In this document: one piece after another, positions 35,045 to 44,502 of the stretch
How the letters are laid out: each line of letters starts with the position of its first letter
Position numbering within the stretch: the stretch's first letter is position 1
DNA from: Rhizaria sp. SCN 62-66
Lineage: Eukaryota
Assembly: GCA_001724265.1 (NCBI GenBank)
Contig: MEDY01000153.1
Span: 1-61,223, forward strand
DNA: 61,223 nucleotides
Reading direction: 5' to 3'
Made by a program: the position numbers and the translations under genes
Notes under the pieces: generated by a model
What the model was told of the DNA's origin: nothing
Database searches by the model: none
What the model saw: the letters and a program-made list of their open reading frames with translations, nothing else

Positions 35045-38000
35045 ATGGACTCAACCAAGTCCTTGTACCGGCCGACGGACGAAAACCCGCCCCAGTCCCG
35101 TGGGGCCGGGACCGCCCCGCCCACCAAGCACCCCAGAGCACTAAACTCTGCTCAGGCAAACGCTCTGCTGACCCCTGCGCGCCGCCCCTTCGAGCCCGTC
35201 GCTCCCGGATCGGCCGCCGCCAACTCCGCCGTTGCCCCTGCTTCTGCCTCGAAGTTCTTCTCCCCCGCCATCAAGGGTGCTGCAACTGCGCGTCTCGCCG
35301 CTGCCGGCTCCGTTTCAGGCAACTCCGCGGTGAATCCCAGCAGCGCCCCGCGCTCGCGCCGCACTCCCGATGACTTCGGCACGATCTTCACCTCGAAGGG
35401 CGTCGACGACTCCGTCGCGGCCGACTCCATCTTCTCCGTTGAGGAGCTCATGTTCGACTGCGACCCCCTCACTGCGTCCCCGCAGCACCGCGGCTCCAGC
35501 AACAACGCCGCCTCTGGCGCGCATGCCGCTGCCGCTCGCGGCGACAACTCCGTCGTGTCGGCGTCCGCCACGGCGCCTCGCACGCGCGCCGCGCGCTTCA
35601 GCCCCGCCTCGCCTGCAGGCTCCGTCGCCGCGCCGCCGTCTTCGGCCGAGTCGGCGCTCTCCGTACGCGTGGAGCAGCTTGAGCAGCTCACGGACGAGTA
35701 CGAAAAGGCTCTCTCGGAGCAGTCCGCGCACGTCGCGCGCGTCGCTGCAGGCGCCGCTGCGATGGAGACCGAGCACGACCGCGTCTGCGCAGACTACCAG
35801 GCCGTCGTCGCCAAACTCACCGCGCGCGACTCCGCGCTCTCAGCCGCCACCAAGCGCATTGCCGCGCTCAGCACCGAGCTCAGCACCGCCAAGCGCGACC
35901 TCGCTGCGGCGGGCAAGCGCAACAAGGAGCTCACCGCGGCGCTGGCGGAGCGCGACCTGGCCCTCGCCGCGGCCGAGGCTGCGCGCGACGAGGCCGCCGC
36001 AACGGCCGCCGAAGCCGCGACCGCGACGCAGGCCGCCGCCGCCATGACTGAGGAGGCGCGCGCGCACGCGGCCGCGCTGGGCGCCGAGATGGCGCTGTTG
36101 CGCGAGCAGCTGCAGTCTGCCAACAGCCTGCTCGATGAGAACAAGGCCAGCATCCTCTCCGACATGCCGCCCTCGATGCCCTCGGCCTCGAACTCCATCG
36201 CCCCTTCCGGTCGCTCGGCTATGTCGCTCAGCGGCGTCGCGTCCCCCGGCCGCCCCGCCGTGACCTCGCGCCTGAGCACAGGCCCCCGCGCGCGCGTACC
36301 GCTGCACGGTGTCGCCGGCTTCGCGGCCCGCGCCTCCGCCGCCGCGGGCATCGCGGCCCCCGCTGGCACCAGCGCCGAGGACCGCCGCCGCTCGCAGGAG
36401 ACCCAGCTTGGCAAGCCTGCGGCCGGCGGCGCTAAGCGCGGCGCCGCCGCCGCCGCCGCTGCGTCGCGCTCCAACGCGAGCGCGAACTCTAGCCGGCTGA
36501 GCAACGACTCGACTGCGACTGCGCTGTCAAGTGGCGTCGAGGACGAGCTCATGGAGCTGAACCAGCGTCTGCAGGGCGAGAACGACGTGCTGCAGGAGCT
36601 GTCCCGCTCGCTGCAGACGGAGCTGGCCGAGAAGGCCGCAGCGCTCGACGGCCTGCGCGTGGACTTCGACGCCCGCGCCGCCGACGTGGCCGAGCTCACG
36701 ACGCGCCTGCGCGACGCGGGCGCCGAGGCCGAGGCCGCCGAGTCGCGGCTGCGCGCCGCCGACGCGCGCACCGCGGCGGCCGTGGCAGAGCTGCAGGCCG
36801 CGCAGGTGGACCACGGCACGCACGTGCGCGGGCTCTACACCGAGATCCAGGAGCTGCGCGAGGACGTCGTGGCGCGCTCCAGCGAGAAGTCAGCCCTTGA
36901 GGCCGCCGCGTTTGAGGCGCAGGAGGCGCGCATCGCCGCCGAGGAGGCCGCGGATGACGCGAAGCTGCAGCTGAGCGAGGCCGAGGACCGCGCGGACGAG
37001 GCCGCCGCGCAGGCCACGCGCGCCGAGGCCGAGCTGATGCTTCTGCGATGGGTCGAGACGACTGTCAAGGCTCAGGGCCGCGCGCTCTCGGCCTCGCGCG
37101 AGCGCATCGTGGTGCTCGAGCGCGAGGCCGCGTCGGCGCACGCCGAGTACAGCCGCAACCTGGACGCCGTGCGCGACGAGTACAACGCGCAGGCGTACCG
37201 CGACAAGTATTGCGAGCTGGCCGTCGAGAACGCCGTGCTACGCAACGAGCTGGCCAAGAGCCAGCTCATCGCGACCGAGGCCGCAGCGACGCTGCGCGAG
37301 GCCGAGGGCGCCTACGAGCAGCTCTGTGCGCAGGCCGATGCGCTCAGTGGAGAGCGTGCGCGTCTGGCGGAGACGGTCAAGCGCGCCGCGCACGCTCAGA
37401 GCAAGTTTGACACCGTCACGACCTCATTGGCTTCGGCTGAGGAGGACGTCGCGGTGCTGAGCGAGCAGCTCGCGCAGCTGAAGCAGACGCACACGGCGAC
37501 GCTGGCGGCGCTCAAGTGCGAGAGCGCTGCCGACGCCGCGGGCGTGCAGTCCGCGCACACGGCTACGGTCGGCCAGCTCACCACGGAGCGCGACGCCGCG
37601 CTCGCGCGTGAGAGTGAGACCGCAACCGCGCTGACCGTCACCCGCGCCGCCGCCGCCGCGCTCGAGGACGACCTGGCTGCGCGCTCCACCGAGTGCGAAG
37701 AGCTCACCGCAAAGCTCGGCAGCACCGCTGCCGCGCTAGAGTCTGAGACCGCGCGCGGCGTGGAGCTTGCCGCGACGCTGGCCGAGGCCGAGAGTGCGCT
37801 GGCCGGCGCCAAGGAGCACCTGCAGTCTGCTGAGGCGCGCATTGTGGAGCTCAACGCCCACGTCACCGAGCTGTCTTGCGAGTACGAGAATGTGACGCAG
37901 CGCGCGCAGGCGCTCGACGAGTGCGTTGCTACACTTAGCGCTGAGCTCACCGTGAGCCGCGAGGCTGAGGCCGCGACGGCAGCGGCGAAGGACGAGACCG

Positions 38001-39133
38001 CCGCCGCGTTGACCGCGGTAACTGCGGCCAAGATGGCTGGCGACGACGAGTCCGCGCGCAAGGTGAGCGAGCTTGTCCACCGCGTAGCGATGCTCGAGAC
38101 CGAGTCGCAATCGGTCAACGGCGGCGCGCACTTCCTCTCCGCCGAGGCCGAGCGCGCGCGCTCCGAGCTGGAGCGGCTGCAGGAGCAGCTCGACCGTGCC
38201 GAGGCCGAGGCCGAGTCCGCCACTGCGGCGGCGCACGCGGCCGAGAGCGACCGCGATCGCTTCGAGGACGAAGTGCGCACGCTTCGCCGCAGCGTCAAGC
38301 AGCTCAACAACCAGCTGCGGGCTGCGGGCACCGCCGCGGCGTTTGACGCGGACGACATCACGGGCGTCCTCCCGGTCTCCGGCGACGTGGTCAAGCGCGG
38401 TGAGTATGATGCGCTGGCCAAGGAGCTGGTCGCGGTCAAGGCGCAGCGCGACCAGTTCCGCCGTGACGCGCAGCGCCTGGAGCAGGAGCATCGCGAGGCC
38501 GTCGCCGCCACCACGCAGGCCACTGAGCGCGCCGCGTCGCTGCGCGCTGCAGCCAAGGCCGCCGAGGCCGAGCTCGCCGACGCGTACACGATGCGCGAAA
38601 GCGTCGCCCGCCAGGCGCGCGAGGCCGCTGCCGCCGCCGCCGAGTCCGAGGACCGGGCACGCAGCGAGGCCGCCAAGGCGCGCGCCGCCGAGAACAAGGC
38701 CGCCGAGGCGCTTGCCCGCGCTGAAGCCGCCGAGGCCAAGGCCGGCGCGGCGACTGGCGCGGCGGCTGGCGCGGGCTCGGAGGAGACGGAGCAGCTCAAG
38801 GCTGCTGTACGCGAGCTGCGCGCGGCAAGCAAGCGCGCGGGTGTGGAGCTGAAGCTCGCGCAGACGCGCGAGACCGAGGTGACGGCGCGCGCGGAGGAGG
38901 CCGAGAAGGGCGTGAGTCGGCTGACGGAGTACCTGACCACCTACAAGACCGAATGTAGGAAGGCTATCGATGAGCTTAAGAGCAACCTCTGCGGCAAGGA
39001 GTGTGTGTCTGCGAAGCGCAATGTGCGGAAGCTGCGTGCGATGTACGAGGTCGTTGCGCGCAAGACGGGTTTGATTCGGACGCTTGCAGACAAAGAGTTG
39101 AACGAGATTATGGACACCCTTGTGGCGCAGTGA
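35045..39133 (+). CDS. Long coiled-coil protein of unknown function; single exon; 1362 aa; stop TGA
   Basis: Uninterrupted 4.1 kb ORF with GC3-biased codons, extensive Ala/Glu/Leu heptads and a disordered SP/TP-rich N-terminus. First ATG at 35045. Confidence 0.85.
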   Translation: MDSTKSLYRPTDENPPQSRGAGTAPPTKHPRALNSAQANALLTPARRPFEPVAPGSAAANSAVAPASASKFFSPAIKGAATARLAAAGSVSGNSAVNPSSAPRSRRTPDDFGTIFTSKGVDDSVAADSIFSVEELMFDCDPLTASPQHRGSSNNAASGAHAAAARGDNSVVSASATAPRTRAARFSPASPAGSVAAPPSSAESALSVRVEQLEQLTDEYEKALSEQSAHVARVAAGAAAMETEHDRVCADYQAVVAKLTARDSALSAATKRIAALSTELSTAKRDLAAAGKRNKELTAALAERDLALAAAEAARDEAAATAAEAATATQAAAAMTEEARAHAAALGAEMALLREQLQSANSLLDENKASILSDMPPSMPSASNSIAPSGRSAMSLSGVASPGRPAVTSRLSTGPRARVPLHGVAGFAARASAAAGIAAPAGTSAEDRRRSQETQLGKPAAGGAKRGAAAAAAASRSNASANSSRLSNDSTATALSSGVEDELMELNQRLQGENDVLQELSRSLQTELAEKAAALDGLRVDFDARAADVAELTTRLRDAGAEAEAAESRLRAADARTAAAVAELQAAQVDHGTHVRGLYTEIQELREDVVARSSEKSALEAAAFEAQEARIAAEEAADDAKLQLSEAEDRADEAAAQATRAEAELMLLRWVETTVKAQGRALSASRERIVVLEREAASAHAEYSRNLDAVRDEYNAQAYRDKYCELAVENAVLRNELAKSQLIATEAAATLREAEGAYEQLCAQADALSGERARLAETVKRAAHAQSKFDTVTTSLASAEEDVAVLSEQLAQLKQTHTATLAALKCESAADAAGVQSAHTATVGQLTTERDAALARESETATALTVTRAAAAALEDDLAARSTECEELTAKLGSTAAALESETARGVELAATLAEAESALAGAKEHLQSAEARIVELNAHVTELSCEYENVTQRAQALDECVATLSAELTVSREAEAATAAAKDETAAALTAVTAAKMAGDDESARKVSELVHRVAMLETESQSVNGGAHFLSAEAERARSELERLQEQLDRAEAEAESATAAAHAAESDRDRFEDEVRTLRRSVKQLNNQLRAAGTAAAFDADDITGVLPVSGDVVKRGEYDALAKELVAVKAQRDQFRRDAQRLEQEHREAVAATTQATERAASLRAAAKAAEAELADAYTMRESVARQAREAAAAAAESEDRARSEAAKARAAENKAAEALARAEAAEAKAGAATGAAAGAGSEETEQLKAAVRELRAASKRAGVELKLAQTRETEVTARAEEAEKGVSRLTEYLTTYKTECRKAIDELKSNLCGKECVSAKRNVRKLRAMYEVVARKTGLIRTLADKELNEIMDTLVAQ

Positions 39134-39862
39134 ACGAGTGCGCTGTGCAAGCGACTATCGATAGTGATCAAAAGAGAAATGTGTAAGAAAAATGTTAAGT
39201 TGTTTGGTGACGTCACCAGTGGACGGTGACGCGCTTCACACAGAGGTGGTGTTGCTGTTTTGTCGATCTGCGGGCCAAATGTGTTACGTAACCAATGAAC
39301 GTGCACCGACTGAGAGCATTGTTTAAATTCGTCAACAAGTGACGAGAATACACCTTTATAAATGAAACAACGACAAACGTGGTACATTATATTGAGAATA
39401 GAAACGATAACGTTGTATTACCACGAGAACAAGTCCAGTGTGGAAACGCCGCGCATTGAGCAGCGGTCGGAAATCTATGTAGAAATTTGGCTGAAAAGGA
39501 TTAGGTATCGAGAGACCAACTTGAATCAAGAATAAAAAGAATAGTCGTAGAATAGTAATAGCTTCTACGGTATGTTTGATCGAAACGCAGCATAAACGCT
39601 GCGCGGACTCACGTAGATAATAATAGTGCGATCTATGCAGCATGCATGAAGAGCATGCTAAGACACATCATGACCTCATCTACATCTATATATAACTCAG
39701 CTTGTTAAAGATACCAAATTCTAAATAGTTATGGAACTCAAAATACAAATGTGAAGATTGTACAACTTCCAAAATCAAATGAAACACGAACAAGTGTGAT
39801 CACGTCTTAGTCACAAACAAAACAACGTTGATTACTGTCGAGAACGCAGTGAGATGTCGCTC

Positions 39863-42472
39863 TCAGTCTGTATGGCGGGTGATCTTACTGCGGTACCCGC
39901 CGGGACTGTAAATGCCCTGCACGCTCGCGTCGCGCGCGGACAGCGAGCCGCGCTCACTGCCACTGCCCGCGGCGCTGCCGCTGCCGCGGTTGTCTCGTTC
40001 GCTCACGCCGCCCGCGCTGCTGCCAGGGCCGGTGCTGCCCCCGCCGTAGACCGCCGCGCTGCCCGAGGCCGCGAGCAGACGCGAGAGCCCATGCGGCTGC
40101 GCCTGGGGGTGCAGGTGCGAGTGCGCGTACGGGTGGGACGGCGAGTGCAGCAGGAACGCGGGGGGCGGAGGAGGCACGAAGCCCGGGGGGGCTGCGAAGC
40201 CGGCGTACGGGTGCGGCGGCTGCGGCTGCTGCTGCATCCCCGCGTAGCCATAGAGGCCAAACCCGTGCTGTTGCTGCTGCAGCAAGCCCGCGTACCCAGG
40301 CTGTCCCAACGCCCCGTAGCCGCCGCCAGGAAACCCCAGTTGCTGCGGCGGGCCGTATCCCGGGTAGGCTCTCGCATGCGCGTGCGCGTGTGACGGTGAC
40401 ATTGGCGCCGCGGCGGGGGCGCCGGAGAAGCCCGAGGCCGCGGCGGCCGCGGCGGCCAGCGCGGCGGCAAGCGCAGCGGCGGAGCCGGGCGGTGGAGGCA
40501 ACATGCCCGCGGCAGATGCCGGCGCGGCGCCGGTGGCGGTGGACTGTGAAGACAAGGCCGGCGACGACGACGACGACGCATGACCTGAACCAGCGTGGCC
40601 GCGACCGGAGCTGTGACCCTGAGCGTCACCGTGATTGTGAGCGTGCTCCTTGAAAGGCGTCTGAAATGGGGCCTCTGTTGCAGTCGTCGCGTCCGTGGCT
40701 GCGGCCGCGGGATTCGTCTCGTGGTCCTCGGCCAGCGTGGGCAGCACCTCCGGCAGTGCGCCGCTGAGCAGCTGCGACCGTGACAGCAGCGACTCACGTT
40801 CCAGCTCCTGGTCCTGCGTGCTCTCGGCCTGACCGGTGGCCAGCGGTTTCTGGCTCAACGACTGAGGCGACAGTCGTCCCTGCGCGCCCACAACGCTCCC
40901 GCTGGCAGCCAATGTGGCGGTGTCGGCGTCGACATCGCTCTCGCTCGCGCTCGCGCTGCCCAGCCCGCCGCCGCTGGCCCGGGACCGGCCCCTGCCGCGT
41001 CCGGCGCTCACGGGCGCACTCGCAGTCATATTGACACCGCTGACGCCGCCGTTGCTGTTGTTGTTGGCGCTGTTAGCGGTGGCGAGCGCGGCCCCGCGCG
41101 GCAGCGACGGTGACCGCGACAGAGAGCGCGAAAGCGACGGCTGTGGCGAACGGCCGCCGCCCGACGCCGCCGCTGCGGCCGCGGCCGCCGCGCGCGCCTG
41201 TTGCTTCTCCTCGAGCGAGGCCTGGCGCTGCGCGCGGATGGCGCTATCGAGCGCAATCCGCTGCAGCCGCGGGTCGTCGCCGCAGCCCGCGCCGGGCGAT
41301 GACAGCGACTGCCCAAACGCCAGCCCACCGCCGCTGCCAGAGCTCGCGCTCGCGCTCGCGCTCCCGGCGGCATTGGAGTAGGGGTAGGGCATGAGGGACG
41401 CGGGGGCGGGGGAAGGACTAGCGGCGCGGAATGACGGCGAGCCGGGCGCGGGCGCGGGCGCGGGCGCGGCTGCCGTGGGCGACGGTGACTGCAGCTGCGA
41501 CTGTTGGGACTGCGACCGCGAAAGTGACGGCGACAGAGACTTGAACGGGGTCTGCGGGGACTGCGACAGGGGCAGGGGCGCTCTAATCGCGATTTCAGGC
41601 GACGTGGCTGCGGCCGAAGGTCCCCCAGCACCGACATCTGCAGCCGTCGCAGTTTTAGGCTTGTCAGTGGCGCTGACACTGACATTGACGCTAGCACTGG
41701 CATTCGCAGCGTTCATGTTTGCAGTCGGACTCGAGCTCGCAGTGGAGTCAGCTCTGGCGCCGACCTCAGCGCTCTCTGAGTCAGGCTCAGCACTCTCCCT
41801 TCCTTCAGCAATCGCGCTGACGAGACTCGCTCGCGCACTCGCGTTCAAGTGAACGCTTGCCTGAGAGCTCGCGCTCGCGAGGGCGCGGGCGCGCGCGGCG
41901 GCCTCGGCCTCGGCCTCTGCCTCGGTCTCCGCCTCCGCCTCGGGGATCGGGGTGGGGATGTCCACGCCGACGCCGCCCATCAGGCTGCTGGAGACGCCCA
42001 CGGACTGCATCGGTGGCAACGCACCAAACGACGACGCGGAGCCGGCACCGGAGAAGTTGGGCGAGCTGGAGTTGAACGCGGGCGGGGCGGGGTTGTCGTT
42101 GCCAGCGATGATATTCCCGCCTAACGCGTTGCTTGGATTGTTGGCAGTGTTAGCGGCGGTGCGTGCGACCTGGCGCCGGAACGGTTTCACCTCGGGCTGC
42201 CGCATCGAAGGCGACATCGAGGAGCCCCTGATAGGAGCGCGTGCGGACGAAGCCGCCGAAGAACCAGGGGTGCCGATGCCGCCACCCGAGTTATAGCTGT
42301 TTGGACTTGCGAAGCTGCCGGGTGCGTTTGATCCAGTGCCAGACTTTGCCCTCGTCAGTCCGGGAGAAGTGGGCGTACCCGTCATCGCGGCACCGGCTGT
42401 AGAAAGCGAGGAGCGTGCGTGTGGGACTGGGGAGCGACCGCCGCGGAAGTTGGGAGTGCCCGTGGAGGCCAT
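39863..42472 (-). CDS. Ser/Ala/Pro/Gly-rich, largely disordered hypothetical protein; 869 aa; stop TGA
   Basis: Long ORF that coincides with a GC-rich block bounded by AT-rich flanks; no recognisable domain. Confidence 0.75.
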   Translation of the reverse strand: MASTGTPNFRGGRSPVPHARSSLSTAGAAMTGTPTSPGLTRAKSGTGSNAPGSFASPNSYNSGGGIGTPGSSAASSARAPIRGSSMSPSMRQPEVKPFRRQVARTAANTANNPSNALGGNIIAGNDNPAPPAFNSSSPNFSGAGSASSFGALPPMQSVGVSSSLMGGVGVDIPTPIPEAEAETEAEAEAEAAARARALASASSQASVHLNASARASLVSAIAEGRESAEPDSESAEVGARADSTASSSPTANMNAANASASVNVSVSATDKPKTATAADVGAGGPSAAATSPEIAIRAPLPLSQSPQTPFKSLSPSLSRSQSQQSQLQSPSPTAAAPAPAPAPGSPSFRAASPSPAPASLMPYPYSNAAGSASASASSGSGGGLAFGQSLSSPGAGCGDDPRLQRIALDSAIRAQRQASLEEKQQARAAAAAAAAASGGGRSPQPSLSRSLSRSPSLPRGAALATANSANNNSNGGVSGVNMTASAPVSAGRGRGRSRASGGGLGSASASESDVDADTATLAASGSVVGAQGRLSPQSLSQKPLATGQAESTQDQELERESLLSRSQLLSGALPEVLPTLAEDHETNPAAAATDATTATEAPFQTPFKEHAHNHGDAQGHSSGRGHAGSGHASSSSSPALSSQSTATGAAPASAAGMLPPPPGSAAALAAALAAAAAAASGFSGAPAAAPMSPSHAHAHARAYPGYGPPQQLGFPGGGYGALGQPGYAGLLQQQQHGFGLYGYAGMQQQPQPPHPYAGFAAPPGFVPPPPPAFLLHSPSHPYAHSHLHPQAQPHGLSRLLAASGSAAVYGGGSTGPGSSAGGVSERDNRGSGSAAGSGSERGSLSARDASVQGIYSPGGYRSKITRHTD

Positions 42473-42981
42473 GGGCAGTCTGCAGACGTTTCACACCCAG
42501 TGAAAGGGGGACTCGAGATAGTGCTTTATATACGCAAAGTTTGAAATGCTAAAAAGAAAAAAGAAAATGCATAAAATATGTTAGCCTGGACATGCACAAT
42601 GCAATTCAAATGACGATGAGGAAGTGTCCAGGGACTCCTGTTGGCCTCCTCTCTTTGATCGAGTTGATGCTCCTGTAGTGACTGTGACCGTGGGCAGATC
42701 CTAACGCGCCCACGGTCACCGAGCCGCTGCAACCACTGGCCAGCCAGCGACGTTCGAGGGGTGTGTCGGCTGCTGCAAACGCGTTTCCTGTGGACTTGCC
42801 TTTCACCCTATGCGTATTCTATCGACTGCTTTATTTTGATCTCGGTGTCTAGTTTCAGTTTTTCTTTTTGTGTGTGCACTGGACGTGATTATCCCGACTT
42901 GCTACCATATTTCGTTGGAGTGTTTACGTGACCTGTTGCTCATCTGCCCGATTGCCTAATTGCCTTTTTTCCCTGAGTAGG

Positions 42982-43650
42982 ATGTGCTCGTTTACCTGCT
43001 GCGGCACGTGCTGCGGAAGTACGTCTCTTAACCATTCCGTTGGTTTCTCTTATTGCACTTCATCCCTCTGTCTATGCCTTGAACTACTTAGTCTTCTCCT
43101 CGCCACCACCTCGTCATGCTTCGCTCTTTCGTCCCTCGCTCCCGTCCCCTGACCGCTCCTTGCTATTCCCTTTGCCTGCCTCCACACTGCTCTCCATACT
43201 CCCCCACGCAGGTTTCTCCATGTTCGGACTCATCTTCCTGGTACGTTCCTCGCGTAACCCTCCGCTCCCGCCCCTCCCTGTTCCCAAACTGCGACAAACT
43301 CCGCATCTGTGAACCGCCCTCCACGCCCATCCTGTCATTCACAACCAATCCCTCTCACTCTCACGCTCACTCATTCTTCTGTATCACTATCCTCTCCTTC
43401 TGCTACCACTCCTCGCGCTCTTGTTTCCGTCCAGCTTTGCATCGGTGGCATCATCGACAGCGGCTCCCACTCGATCAACATCGCCGAGTCGTCCCGTGCC
43501 GACGCCGCCAACAACGCCTACGTCGGCGCCGCCATCTACGCCGCCTTTGTCGGCGCCTCGATTATCATGTACTTCTTCGGCCGCTGGCGCTCCCGCACCC
43601 TCGCTGCCGCCAACGCCTCCGCGCAGCCCCTGCTCGAGAACCGCTACTAA
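42982..43650 (+). CDS. RNASEK: RNase kappa / V-ATPase subunit f-like small two-TM protein; exons 42982-43018, 43212-43240, 43435-43650; 93 aa; stop TAA
   Basis: Spliced product MCSFTCCGTCCGSFSMFGLIFLLCIGGII..AANNAYVGAAIYAAFVGASIIMYFF fits the CC..S.FG.I.L / AA.Y pattern of the family. Two GTACGT..CAG introns keep frame. Confidence 0.72.
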
Positions 43651-44502
43651 GTCCCCCCGCCCTTTCCAGCATGTTATTCCTAGTTTAGCTTAATATGGTG
43701 TTTGTGTGAGTGGTAGTGGTCACTGGGGGACGCAGCGCGCATGCGCACTTGCATGTCGCGCGGACCCTTGCTCTGTTCGCTTTTTTCCCTTCTCAGGCTC
43801 TCTCCCCTACGTGCTCTGGCGTTTTAACTCACACCCAGTCGAGTCGTATCTCCAAGCGTGGCCGCTTGCTCGCATTTATCGTTCTCGTGTCCTCACTGTA
43901 GCCAATCGCGACAGTTATGCTCTCACAAGCATGCTCGAACGTCGGGCTCTGTTGTGCGTCGTCGGGCCACTCGCAGGCAGCGCTTGGGACTCGCGCGAGC
44001 TGTAGTTGAACACAACAGAGGCGGTATGCTCTTGCTACCGTGAGTGAATCTGCTAGATACGTTCGTCATGAGAGAGTTTTGTGGTGAATTTTGCCGTGAA
44101 CAGAGGCGCTGACGACGCTTACCCGTCAATTTCGATAGTATTTCTCTTCAGTTTCGTTTCGTTTCTTTATTCTTTCTTTATTCTTTCTTTTTTACACATT
44201 TATTTTGTTTTCTTTTGATTGATGTTCGTTTGTATCTGACGTGTGCAGTCACGTAACGAACATCAACGCCCAACGTTACAAATATACTCCAATAAAAACA
44301 AAAATATCTCAATTTAAAAACCCGCAAAATCTGTATTAAAACATAAAGAATACATTGTGAATCTCAAAACTACCAAACAACTACCATAAACACGACAATC
44401 AATAACCATAGAAAGTTATCATCATATCTTAAGTGAGCTTCTCTCAGCTTAACTAAACACCAGCCAGACAGTCCAGCAACACAGAAAGAGCAGCCTCTGC
44501 GC

